From the IMG/VR virus record IMGVR_UViG_3300031963_000013: DNA of 64,000 bases, one strand, 5' to 3'. The notes under the pieces are model-generated. The model saw nothing but the letters and a program-made list of their open reading frames with translations, was not told where the DNA came from and searched no databases. A program made the translations under genes and the position numbers. This document shows positions 36,430 to 46,165 of this stretch, piece by piece (positions within the stretch are counted from its first letter, which is position 1; every line of letters starts with the position of its first letter). The DNA is from a virus.

Positions 36430-36431
36430 TT

Positions 36432-37337
36432 TTAAACTGTTGCTCTATCTGATTGGTTAGGACTGATTGTGTCTTTGCTAGATTCGACTTTGTATACTTG
36501 AGTAATAGCGTTGTTTTTAATTTGAGTAACGCCAAAGGACTTCAACGGGTATTCGTTAATGCCAGATATGTCTATTTCTTGACCTGAAGTCATCCATATT
36601 GTAGCATCGTCAACGTTAACGTTTTCAACTGTGTTTTCGAAGTAGTCGTTTGTGTTCTGTTTGCCCTGTCCGTTTCTTATTATTGTTATGGGTTTTCCCA
36701 ACTCTCCTGAATTTGACCACGTGTTTAAGTTTCTTGATGCTAACACAGTGCTACTGAACCTAATCGATTGACCGAACCTAGATTCCAGTATCGTGTCCCC
36801 TTCGAAAGGCCGTAAAGCTCTAACGTCTTTTGCTTCTGAGAAAGTAACGCCCAGCGGTAAGGTTGGAAATTCGGTCTCTTGTCTTAAGTTGTTGTTGTAA
36901 TCTTGATTGTTGTAAAAATCTTTCAAATACTCTGCGTATTCCTGCATGTTGGGAAAAGCGTTGTGATTCAGAGAGTTCCACGTTGAATAGGGAGGGAAAT
37001 AGTAGTAGTCTTGTTTTCCAACACCGTCGTTCATTTCTGAACTCGGTCCAGGGACTATTAAAACTATCTCAGAAATTAAAGGATAAAGCTTTATAAAACT
37101 GAATATCGGATAAGCGGGTATTGATATGTTTGCTATTCTTGATTGGTTTAGATTGGTGTACAGTATCTCGTACGTTATCTTTCCAAGGTCTTTTGGTCCT
37201 GTGTAATTGGGATCGGGTTCTCCGTCGTATTTTTCTTTGCCTAACACAACGCTCTTAACTCTACCTATAATGAAATAGGATCCCCTGCTTTCTCCCGCGG
37301 TAGAATCGCTGCTTATGGTGCTTTTGTACTGGGCCAT
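36432..37337 (-). CDS. baseplate hub/spike N-terminal-like protein (gp5-like)
   Basis: YPLISEIV, PFEGD.ILESRFGQSIRF. Confidence 0.6.
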   Translation of the reverse strand: MAQYKSTISSDSTAGESRGSYFIIGRVKSVVLGKEKYDGEPDPNYTGPKDLGKITYEILYTNLNQSRIANISIPAYPIFSFIKLYPLISEIVLIVPGPSSEMNDGVGKQDYYYFPPYSTWNSLNHNAFPNMQEYAEYLKDFYNNQDYNNNLRQETEFPTLPLGVTFSEAKDVRALRPFEGDTILESRFGQSIRFSSTVLASRNLNTWSNSGELGKPITIIRNGQGKQNTNDYFENTVENVNVDDATIWMTSGQEIDISGINEYPLKSFGVTQIKNNAITQVYKVESSKDTISPNQSDRATV

Positions 37338-37338
37338 G

Positions 37339-37698
37339 TTAAGAGCCTATCTGCTTTTGTTGTTTTTTAAAGTCTATAGAAGATACTTCTTCGAAAAGTT
37401 GTTGTATGTCCTTTTCGCTAAGTACTCCAGAGGACGCTTCGTTGTTCTTTTTAGATTCAGAAGACTGCTTAAACAAATTGAGCAACTTAACCAAAAGTTC
37501 GCTATTTTTTGTATTGGACTCCAAAAGATCTGTTATAAACGGTATCATAACAACAGCGTCTCCCGGTCCTTCTATGAATTGAGACAACTTTTTTATCTCG
37601 CTTTGTATGAATTCTTCTTGATTTTTTTGCTTATTATACAGCTCCTCTACCAAATTCTGTATACTTTTACCAGCAAAAACTTCTTTTTCTAGTTCCAT
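37339..37698 (-). CDS. hypothetical protein
   Basis: 119-aa helical ORF with late motif upstream. Confidence 0.7.
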   Translation of the reverse strand: MELEKEVFAGKSIQNLVEELYNKQKNQEEFIQSEIKKLSQFIEGPGDAVVMIPFITDLLESNTKNSELLVKLLNLFKQSSESKKNNEASSGVLSEKDIQQLFEEVSSIDFKKQQKQIGS

Positions 37699-37717
37699 GG
37701 TGTTTTTTTATAAATAT

Positions 37718-38464
37718 TCAATACTCCATTTCTTGTAGATATTCATTTAAAACGACCTTATACACTGTCTTTAACTTTTTTATCACCCTTGTTATAGTAT
37801 TGGTTTGAACATCTACCATCTCTTTTACGTAAATGTATATCAGCTTTTTATTTGATAGGTCCAAAGTTTTCCTTCTTTCGAATATCTGAATGATCGCCGT
37901 TGCCGCTTTCAGATCGTTGGGAGATTGAAACATGTCGAATACTTCCAAATTCAATTTTTTTATGTACTTGTCAAAAAGCTTTTCGATATCAACGTCAGAA
38001 TTAAAATCAGTGTAAATCAAAGAATTGATAGTTCTTTCTTCGTTGTCGATCTCTTGTATTTCTGCTTTAGCTACCTTTGACTTGTAGTTGTTTTTGTTGT
38101 AATTGATCAAATACCTCTTTACGGCAGTGCCAAAATACGAATACGCCTTTCCATTTTCTTCTTTGTACAGATGGAGTTTTTGCAACAAAAAAGATATCAC
38201 TTCGTACTTTAGATCTTCTATAGAGTCAGTGTCTAAGTGATAGAATTTGAAAGAGTGTATTATGTTTTCTACCAATTTATAGAAAGCATAGTGTATCTTT
38301 TCGTTGTATATCCTATTCCTTTCTGCAAGATCCTCGGTGATTCTATACTCTAAAATCGCTTTTTGGGTATCTTCTGTGAAATAGTTGTTGTTCTTCTTCG
38401 GTTTTCTTTTTCTAACGGTACCTTTTTTTGTAAAAAGCAAATCGTTTTCTTTAATTTCAGTCAT
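37718..38464 (-). CDS. phage late sigma factor (T4 gp55-like)
   Basis: NYF....QKAILEY, KLVENII, KAYSYFGT..KRYLI region-2-like motifs. Confidence 0.7.
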   Translation of the reverse strand: MTEIKENDLLFTKKGTVRKRKPKKNNNYFTEDTQKAILEYRITEDLAERNRIYNEKIHYAFYKLVENIIHSFKFYHLDTDSIEDLKYEVISFLLQKLHLYKEENGKAYSYFGTAVKRYLINYNKNNYKSKVAKAEIQEIDNEERTINSLIYTDFNSDVDIEKLFDKYIKKLNLEVFDMFQSPNDLKAATAIIQIFERRKTLDLSNKKLIYIYVKEMVDVQTNTITRVIKKLKTVYKVVLNEYLQEMEY

Positions 38465-38465
38465 G

Positions 38466-38735
38466 TTAATCTAGATACTGTTCTGTAGTTGTTTTTATCT
38501 GTTTGATGTTTTCGAATAAGGATAACAGCTCTGGATCTGATTGCACCCACATTGTTGAATCTATCTTATCAACCAAAGAACAATATTCTTTGTAAAGGTT
38601 GGTAGTCAAAGCTATGTGGTTTTGTTGCTTTATAACAATGTTCTCTAGTTTTTTGTTTTTAGTATATAGGTTGAAGATTATGTAAGCTATAACGCTTACA
38701 ACCCAAATTGATATTGATACTATCAGTGTTGTCAT
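38466..38735 (-). CDS. membrane-anchored hypothetical protein
   Basis: N-terminal TM plus coiled coil. Confidence 0.65.
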   Translation of the reverse strand: MTTLIVSISIWVVSVIAYIIFNLYTKNKKLENIVIKQQNHIALTTNLYKEYCSLVDKIDSTMWVQSDPELLSLFENIKQIKTTTEQYLD

Positions 38736-38741
38736 TTTTTT

Positions 38742-39395
38742 TTAATTTTGAGTTTCTACCCGACTCGCCATTAGGTCCGCTTGGTGTAATATGAATGTTA
38801 GATTTGATTTTATTTCGAATTCGTGGTTGTACGTTACGTAGTAGGCTTTGTTACCCTCTTCGTAAAGGCCATCGTGCAACTTTATTGCCAAGTACTCCCT
38901 TTCGTTAACCGCAATACCAGCCTGCTGTAAGTAAAACAGACTTCTGTCAGCGATTCTCATATGAGGAATGTTTGAGTTGTATTTGTAAAGCAAACCTTGT
39001 TTTTCTATCTTCCACGCGTCGTCAACCGGTAAATAGAAGGGTTGTTCGTTTGTACCAAGTTTTCCTAGATCGTGATTGATGGCGCAAAACACAAGTTCTT
39101 CTACAGTGTAATCCTTTTTTTGATTGAATCTGTCCCAAACTTTATCCAAAACTAATGCAGCTTCAACCACTCTGATAACGTGATCAACGTAACCGCCAAT
39201 AAAGCAATTGTGATGAAACACTTTTGAAGACGCTGGTGCTGTCACCAGAGTCAGCTCTATGCTTTTGTAGAAATCTAAGAGATCGTCCTTACGCTTACTA
39301 GAGATGTATTTATCTATTAATTGGTAAAACCTATCTAAGTTGTCTTGTAGCTGTTGCTCGCTAAGCGTTTTTGTTTTGTGTAATGTGTTATGCAT
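38742..39395 (-). CDS. HD-domain phosphohydrolase
   Basis: APAS...HH....GG..DH, NHDLGK, HDG, HQAD; probable start 39395. Confidence 0.85.
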   Translation of the reverse strand: MHNTLHKTKTLSEQQLQDNLDRFYQLIDKYISSKRKDDLLDFYKSIELTLVTAPASSKVFHHNCFIGGYVDHVIRVVEAALVLDKVWDRFNQKKDYTVEELVFCAINHDLGKLGTNEQPFYLPVDDAWKIEKQGLLYKYNSNIPHMRIADRSLFYLQQAGIAVNEREYLAIKLHDGLYEEGNKAYYVTYNHEFEIKSNLTFILHQADLMASRVETQN

Positions 39396-39480
39396 AACTG
39401 TGATTTTATATATAATATTACACAATTTTTTTTAACTCTAATAAAAATTCTTTCTAGTTGCGTTTTAAAACAGCGGTATG

Positions 39481-39831
39481 TTACGATTGCTTGAGAATGT
39501 TGTACATATCCGTTAGAGACAGAACCTGGATTGCTACGCGATCGTCCGCAAGCTTTTTGGTTGGAGTGAAAGACGAGTAGTTGTTTGCAAAATATACTAT
39601 AGTGCTTATTTCTTTGTAAACTGTAAAACCGTTCTTTTCTATGGGCTTTTTCTCTATTATCACAGATATTGGGTACGTGAAAGTGCCAGTGAGCCTTTCC
39701 ATTTCGTCACACACAGCACCGTTTTTGTTGCAGTGCACAACAGTATGCAAAACACCGGCCTCATTGAGTTGGTTAATTAGCGTTTCGCACCTAGTGCAGC
39801 CTTCGAGAGCCAATATCTTGATTTTCTTCAT
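39481..39831 (-). CDS. glutaredoxin/thioredoxin-fold protein
   Basis: N-terminal CTRC, cis-Pro motif TYP. Confidence 0.7.
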   Translation of the reverse strand: MKKIKILALEGCTRCETLINQLNEAGVLHTVVHCNKNGAVCDEMERLTGTFTYPISVIIEKKPIEKNGFTVYKEISTIVYFANNYSSFTPTKKLADDRVAIQVLSLTDMYNILKQS

Positions 39832-39997
39832 CTTCTAGTAGTTTATTGTCCAGCTCCAAAAGCAGCGAAAACAGTGTAGCTCTTGTTTCAGGATTAAGTT
39901 TATCAAAGAATTCATCGATGTAATTGTAAAGCACCAACAGATCTTCTTCTGTTATATCCTGCTTTAATTCTTCTAATTTCTCTGCGTTAAATTGCAT
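39791..39997 (-). CDS. hypothetical acidic protein
   Basis: 68-aa ORF. Confidence 0.55.
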   Translation of the reverse strand: MQFNAEKLEELKQDITEEDLLVLYNYIDEFFDKLNPETRATLFSLLLELDNKLLEDEENQDIGSRRLH

Positions 39998-40245
39998 AGT
40001 AAGCGCTTAAGGGTTTGTGTTTTTTTTTGATTCCTTTTTGGTAGACTGATTATAACAAATTTCCCTTAGCGGCCTTTATGCCGTCGGGTACACCCGATAT
40101 TAAATTTGTTTTTATTTCGTTTCCCTATTTGTATACCTGACGCCCATTATCGATCGCCTGGTAGCGAAGTTGCTGTTTAGTCTAAAACTCGACCATGGAA
40201 TCACACCAAGCTACGGTATAGAGCCTAAACTTTCGCGTTAACGAT

Positions 40246-40290
40246 CAAATATACAAATTAATTTTGAATAAAAAAAATAAATTTCACAAT
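40246..40290 (-). promoter_or_regulatory. Bacteroidota-type promoter (TAnnTTTG at -7)
   Basis: Minus strand TATATTTG at 40253-40246, TTG upstream near 40289. Confidence 0.6.
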
Positions 40291-40339
40291 ATTTTTAAAT
40301 TTTATACTTTGAAATACATTTTATATATTCACTGTAATT

Positions 40340-41326
40340 ATGAGCGATCAACAGTTAAAAATAAATAGCGACGTTCTTGATAAAGACACACAAAAGTTGG
40401 TATTGGGTGTATTAGAACACAATTTTGGCAAGGCCAAATCTGACAAGAAAGGCAATTACGTCTTCCACTGTCCGTTTTGCAAGCACAAGAAACCCAAGCT
40501 TGTGGTTAACGTAGTCACTGGAAAATACAATTGTTGGACGTGCGAGCCTTCGACCAAGGGAAAGAAGCCAGACACGCTATTGATGAAGCACGGCGCGAAA
40601 AAAGAAGACATACAAGAGATAAGAAGCTACTACAAAATCAAAAGCTTTGCAAAAAACGAAGAGTTTGTAGAGAATGTTGCCGCGCTACCGACTGAATTCC
40701 AGCAACTTCCGCTAAAACCAAAGTCTCTTTTAGAAAAAAAGGCATTGAATTACCTTTTAAAGGAACGAGGTTTAACTGAAACGGACATCATAAAATACAA
40801 CATAGGTTATTGCGAATACGGTAAATATAAGAACAGGGTAGTAATACCATCTTACGATACCAACGGAAAGCTTAACTACTTTGTTGCAAGAGCAATCAGC
40901 GATAAAGAGAGAATGGCTTACGATGGGGCAAGCGTTGACAAGAAAAACATAATAGGCTTTGAGTACTACATCAATTGGAACCTGCCAGTCATACTTTGCG
41001 AGGGCGCATTCGATGCTATAGCCATAAAAAGGAACGCTATACCACTTTTTGGGAAGTCGATATCAAACGCCCTAATGAAGAAGTTGGTAGAATCTAAAGT
41101 AAAAACCGTGTACATAGTATTAGACAATGACGCTTTAAAAAAATCAACCGCGTACGTAGAAGAGTTGATAAGTTACGGTAAAGAAGTGTATCACATCAAC
41201 CTAGAAGACAAAGATCCATCAAAGGTCGGATTCGAGCAAATGATCAAACTTCTGCAAAAAGCGAAACCGATAAAACAGGAGGAATTGCTATTCAAAAAAA
41301 TGCAAATGGCGTTAGCTAATATATGA
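40340..41326 (+). CDS. DNA primase (Zn finger + TOPRIM)
   Basis: CPFC...CWTC, RVVIP, CEGAFDA, LDNDA. Confidence 0.92.
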   Translation: MSDQQLKINSDVLDKDTQKLVLGVLEHNFGKAKSDKKGNYVFHCPFCKHKKPKLVVNVVTGKYNCWTCEPSTKGKKPDTLLMKHGAKKEDIQEIRSYYKIKSFAKNEEFVENVAALPTEFQQLPLKPKSLLEKKALNYLLKERGLTETDIIKYNIGYCEYGKYKNRVVIPSYDTNGKLNYFVARAISDKERMAYDGASVDKKNIIGFEYYINWNLPVILCEGAFDAIAIKRNAIPLFGKSISNALMKKLVESKVKTVYIVLDNDALKKSTAYVEELISYGKEVYHINLEDKDPSKVGFEQMIKLLQKAKPIKQEELLFKKMQMALANI

Positions 41327-44300
41327 GTAAAATTAAGAAAACGAAGTGGAACATCGAAAAAATTGGTAAGATATACCACGTTAGCGACATTCACGTTAGG
41401 AACTACAAGAGACACCAAGAATACAAAAACGTCTTTCGCGCTCTCTACGAAGAGTTAAAAAATAGGATAACAGAAAACGATATAATCTGTTTGACTGGTG
41501 ACATAGTGCACTCAAAGACCGATGTGAGTCCTGAGCTTTTTCACGAAGTACAAGCGTTGTTGAAAAACCTTTGTTCTATAGGCAAAGTTTTAATGATCCC
41601 TGGCAACCACGATACGAATCTAAACAACATGAATCGTATGGACGCGTTGACACCAATAGTGAACGCTCTAAACGACGAAAACCTTTACTACTTCAAGGAT
41701 TCAGGCGTACTCGAAATAGGAGATTGTATGTTCTACCACTGGTCTGTGTTTGATGCTTCCTCAAAGTATCCGAAAGTAAATAAAAGCGACTCACACAAAA
41801 ACATAGCGTTATACCACGGGTTGGTAAATAACTCTACTACGGAAGCGGGGTATGTGCTACACAGCGATAGTATGAAAGCCGAATCTTTCGACGGATTCGA
41901 TTTAGTGCTACTTGGGGACATACACAAGCAACAATACCTAAACGAAAGTAAGACTATAGCATACCCAGGTTCGCTTATACAGCAAAATCACGGAGAGGAT
42001 CTAATACACGGTATACTTGTGTGGAACATAGAAGATTTTAGTTCAGAATTCCTAGAGATCAGCAACGATACCGCTTTCTATACTGTGGAAGTTAACAACG
42101 GGCTTTTCAACCCGCTGCCAAATAACCTACCAACCAACCTATACCTAAGAATAAAGTATAAAAACACTGATCAAAGCACAATAAAAAGCTTAGTAAACGA
42201 AATAAAAAGGGACAAAAACATCATAGAAGTCTCCTACCAAAAGCTTTACGATTCAAGCAAGCGAGAAAACAGCGCAAACAACGTTAGAGGCGTAGACTTT
42301 AGGTCTGTAGATAAGCAAAGGGAGCTATTGTACAACTACCTAAACAGCAAATATAAGCTTGATGCAGCCTCGATACAAAAGGTGCACGACATAAACGATA
42401 GGATCAATGCGCAATTGCCAAAGAACGAAGTACCAAGAAACAGCATGTGGTTGCCAAAGCGCTTCGAGTTCGAAAACATGTTCAGTTACGGTAAAAACAA
42501 TCACATAGACTTTACGAACATGGAAGGCACTTACGGTCTTTTTGCTCCAAACGCAAGCGGTAAGTCCACTCTGTTAGACGCTATCACGTACTGCATATTC
42601 GATAAGTGCACCAAGAGTACGAGGGGACACCAAGTCATGAATAGCAATTCAAACACGTTCTATTGCAAGCTTGAGTTTGAGCTGAACGGCACAGATTACG
42701 CGATCGAGAGAAACGCAAGGAGGCAAAAGAGTGGAAACGTTAGGGTAGAAGTAGACTTTTATCACTTAGACGATGACGGCAATAAGGTATCGCTAAATGG
42801 TAAAGAGAGAACAGACACCAACAACAACATAAAGAACCTTTTGGGAAGCTACGACGATTTCATACTCACTACGCTGTCAACGCAAAGCGGTAACACAGGC
42901 TTTATAGACATGAACCAAAAGGACCGTAAGGACCTGCTATCACAGTTCCTTGACATAGGAGTGTTCGAACAGATGTACGAAGCAGCAAACGAAAGCTCAA
43001 AGGAAACGATGGCCATAGTTCGTCACCACCAAAAGAACAACTACGACGAACAGCTTTACGAAAAAGAGACAAAGATAGAGGACATCGATAGACAGCTCAA
43101 CAGCGCTATCAGCAACGTTCAAGGCCTAAGAAATAGGATAAAGGACCTAAACGAAAAGAGGATTCAATTAGCAACCAAGTTCCAGGACGTAGATGAATCT
43201 GTGATAGACGAAACAGTGCTACTGGACAAGAAGAACGAAGCCCAGTCGATGTTAAACGATCTCTCTGTTGATAAAAGCAACCTAAAGCGCAAAGAAGACT
43301 CTTTAAATCAAGACGAAGAAGCGTTGAAATCTTCTATAGATGAGATAGACGAAGCGCAATTGAAACAAAGAGAGAAATCAATATCAGAAGTTAAGAACAA
43401 AATAAACGCGGTTAACTTAGAAATAAAGCAAATAGAGAGCGACATTTTCCACAAAAATAAGAAAATGGAGCAGTTAAAAGAGCTAAAGTACGACGAAAAC
43501 TGTAAGTATTGCATGGACAACATCTTTGTTAAGGATGCAATAAACACAAAAAGCGAATTACAAAAGGACCAATCTAATTTACAAAATAAAAAGAAAGAAT
43601 TAAGCGAGTTAAAAGAACAACTGCAACAGTACGGAGACGTAGATGCTGACAAAAGAAAGCTGTTAGACCTAAAAAATAAGCTAAATGCGCTAGTAAGTTC
43701 GCAGTTAAAGCTAAAGAAAGACACAATAGATAACGAAAACAGTGTACAAAAAGTAAAATCAGGCATTCAAAAGATAGACGAAAAGCTTGAAGAGAGAAAG
43801 AAACTATTAAAGGCTATAGAAAGCAACAATAGAATAAACCAAGAGATAGAGATAATAAAGAAACAAGCGCAAGAGGCTGACAAAGAGTTAAAAGAGGCAG
43901 AAGAAAACGCATCAAAGTACGACAGAGAGAAGACAGTGTTAGACTCTTCTATAAAGGACCTAAAGAAGTCTATAAACGAGCTAAAGACTTTCGAACAGGA
44001 GATGCTCCACTACCAATATTACTTAGAAGCTGTACACCGAGACGGCGTACCGCACGATTTGATAGCGATGACAATACCTCAAGTAGAAGAAGAGGTAAAC
44101 AACATACTATCCCAGCTCGTAGACTTTAGAATAATACTACAAACTGACGATAAAAACGTAAACGCGTACATAGCGTACAGCGAAGAAGAGTACTGGCCGA
44201 TAGAACTAACCTCGGGTATGGAGAAGTTTGTGTCTTCTTTGGCCATAAGAACGTCTTTGATAGGCATATCGACTTTACCAAGGCCGAACTTTATGGCTAT

Positions 44301-44484
44301 AGACGAAGGCTTTGGTGCTTTGGACAAGTCAAATCTAAGCTCAATGGCCATGTTGTTCGACTACCTAAAAACGCAGTTCAAGTTTGTTATGGTAATATCT
44401 CACATAGATTCTATGAGGGACATTGTAGATTCGCACATAGAGATAAACAAAGTGGACGGTCGCTCAAACGTTAAGCATAAGTAG
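41323..44484 (+). CDS. fused Mre11/SbcD nuclease - Rad50/SbcC ATPase (gp47-gp46-like)
   Basis: SDIH, GD, GNHD, GDIH; then NASGKST, coiled coil with CKYC hook, SGME, IDEGFG.LD, ISH. Confidence 0.92.
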   Translation: MSKIKKTKWNIEKIGKIYHVSDIHVRNYKRHQEYKNVFRALYEELKNRITENDIICLTGDIVHSKTDVSPELFHEVQALLKNLCSIGKVLMIPGNHDTNLNNMNRMDALTPIVNALNDENLYYFKDSGVLEIGDCMFYHWSVFDASSKYPKVNKSDSHKNIALYHGLVNNSTTEAGYVLHSDSMKAESFDGFDLVLLGDIHKQQYLNESKTIAYPGSLIQQNHGEDLIHGILVWNIEDFSSEFLEISNDTAFYTVEVNNGLFNPLPNNLPTNLYLRIKYKNTDQSTIKSLVNEIKRDKNIIEVSYQKLYDSSKRENSANNVRGVDFRSVDKQRELLYNYLNSKYKLDAASIQKVHDINDRINAQLPKNEVPRNSMWLPKRFEFENMFSYGKNNHIDFTNMEGTYGLFAPNASGKSTLLDAITYCIFDKCTKSTRGHQVMNSNSNTFYCKLEFELNGTDYAIERNARRQKSGNVRVEVDFYHLDDDGNKVSLNGKERTDTNNNIKNLLGSYDDFILTTLSTQSGNTGFIDMNQKDRKDLLSQFLDIGVFEQMYEAANESSKETMAIVRHHQKNNYDEQLYEKETKIEDIDRQLNSAISNVQGLRNRIKDLNEKRIQLATKFQDVDESVIDETVLLDKKNEAQSMLNDLSVDKSNLKRKEDSLNQDEEALKSSIDEIDEAQLKQREKSISEVKNKINAVNLEIKQIESDIFHKNKKMEQLKELKYDENCKYCMDNIFVKDAINTKSELQKDQSNLQNKKKELSELKEQLQQYGDVDADKRKLLDLKNKLNALVSSQLKLKKDTIDNENSVQKVKSGIQKIDEKLEERKKLLKAIESNNRINQEIEIIKKQAQEADKELKEAEENASKYDREKTVLDSSIKDLKKSINELKTFEQEMLHYQYYLEAVHRDGVPHDLIAMTIPQVEEEVNNILSQLVDFRIILQTDDKNVNAYIAYSEEEYWPIELTSGMEKFVSSLAIRTSLIGISTLPRPNFMAIDEGFGALDKSNLSSMAMLFDYLKTQFKFVMVISHIDSMRDIVDSHIEINKVDGRSNVKHK

Positions 44485-44499
44485 CGTATATTTATTTAT

Positions 44500-46161
44500 A
44501 TGGTAAAAAAGGTAATAGCTGTGTATCCTGGACGTTTCCAACCGATGGGAAAGCACCATGCAGCTACTTTCAAGTGGCTTCAAGACAAATTTGGCAAGGA
44601 TAACACATACATAGTTACTTCCGATAAGGTAGAAATGCCTAAAAGCCCTTTAAATTTTCAAGAAAAAAAAGCTATCGCTGATAAGTACGGTTTTGGAGAC
44701 AACCTCGTAAAGGTAAAAAACCCCTACAAAGCAGAAGAGGTGACATCAAACTACGATCCAAACACCACCGCTATAGTATTTATGGTCGGTAAAAAAGACA
44801 TGGAAGAGGATCCGAGATTTAAAATAGGCCTAAAGAAAGACGGCACTCCTGGGTACTTTAAGAGGTACGAGCCGGGGAAACAGATGGAACCCTTTACAAA
44901 GCACGGTTATTTAATAGTTGCTCCTCATGTATCGCTAAAGACTCCAGACGGACAAGAGATGAGCGGCACAAGCATACGTTCTGTATTATCAAACCCAAAA
45001 TCAACAGCTGAAGACTTCAAACAGATCTTTGGTTGGTACGATCCCAAGATAGAGCGCATGATCAAATCCAAATTCGAAAAAAAAGATAACGCACCTATGA
45101 AAGAAAGCTCAATATCGCTCTTAAACCTGTTAACCGAAGGAGGCACCGGTGGACATATGGCTCACCCATTCGATCTACCAAGCGTAAACACAGGAAACGA
45201 CTTAATAAAAACTTTTATATTAGCTGTAAAGTCTTTACAAAAGAATCCTGGTTCGGTTAAAATAGACGGCGTTAACGCTTCTGTGAGACTTGTTGAACTT
45301 GACGGTAAGAAACAGTTCGTAATGGACCGTGGATCTAACAAACCGCTAGATGTAAAAGGCATAACTAAGGCGGATCTAGAAGATAGGTTCGCTCCCGGTC
45401 ACGGAATGGTTAAGATAGGAGGAGAGGTGTTAGACATATTCAACGAATCTTTACCAAGCATACAGCCGGAACTAGCCAAACTCGGACTCCTGGACAACCC
45501 AAACATACTACTAAACATAGAATACGTATCAGGCAAGACAAACGTTCAAGATTACGGTAAAAATTTTTTGGCCATACACGGTCTTCTGAAGATACAGCAA
45601 GTGACCGAAAAGAGAAGAGCCGCAAAAGAGATACCTTACGACAAAAAAGCGCTACAATCGATGATAAACAAAATGGCACCGATTGCAAAAGAGTACGATT
45701 TTGAAATATACGGATCAATACCAGCAAAGGTAGGAAAAGAACCAAACTTCTCTAGCGAACTGTCAAAATCTTACACTGTAAATTACTCAAAAGGCAAAAA
45801 AGAGACAAAGAGTCTAAAAGATTGGTTAAAAACTACAAAGATACCGAAAGGCGTGAAGGTCACTCTAGCAGACGGTAAAAAAATAGACGCGTTAAGTAAG
45901 CAAGTGTTTGTAGGAATAAAAAACGGAACACCGCTTGACAAACTTTTAGCTAACGAAGAAGACTACAAAGCGGCCATCGACGGATTCGTAACGTATTTGG
46001 CAACCATGCAGCTTGGAGACGCTGTTTTAAAATCTATGGATAGTCCTTTAGGCGCAGTAGAAGATCAAGAGGGAGTTGTAATACGTGACAAGAGCATATA
46101 CGATAAGCCTTTTAAACTAACAGGATCTTTCATACTCAGGGGTTTAGCAACATCATTCTAA
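44500..46161 (+). CDS. cytidylyltransferase-like domain fused to an RNA-ligase-like domain
   Basis: YPGRFQP..KHH and MSGTSIR; then GHMAHPFD, KIDG, EGVV, FK. Confidence 0.7.
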   Translation: MVKKVIAVYPGRFQPMGKHHAATFKWLQDKFGKDNTYIVTSDKVEMPKSPLNFQEKKAIADKYGFGDNLVKVKNPYKAEEVTSNYDPNTTAIVFMVGKKDMEEDPRFKIGLKKDGTPGYFKRYEPGKQMEPFTKHGYLIVAPHVSLKTPDGQEMSGTSIRSVLSNPKSTAEDFKQIFGWYDPKIERMIKSKFEKKDNAPMKESSISLLNLLTEGGTGGHMAHPFDLPSVNTGNDLIKTFILAVKSLQKNPGSVKIDGVNASVRLVELDGKKQFVMDRGSNKPLDVKGITKADLEDRFAPGHGMVKIGGEVLDIFNESLPSIQPELAKLGLLDNPNILLNIEYVSGKTNVQDYGKNFLAIHGLLKIQQVTEKRRAAKEIPYDKKALQSMINKMAPIAKEYDFEIYGSIPAKVGKEPNFSSELSKSYTVNYSKGKKETKSLKDWLKTTKIPKGVKVTLADGKKIDALSKQVFVGIKNGTPLDKLLANEEDYKAAIDGFVTYLATMQLGDAVLKSMDSPLGAVEDQEGVVIRDKSIYDKPFKLTGSFILRGLATSF

Positions 46162-46165
46162 ATAA

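Noticed and set aside
23894-37692. Plus-strand ORFs inside the baseplate operon (and equivalent antisense ORFs elsewhere)
   Set aside because: Shadow frames of long, well-supported genes on the opposite strand.
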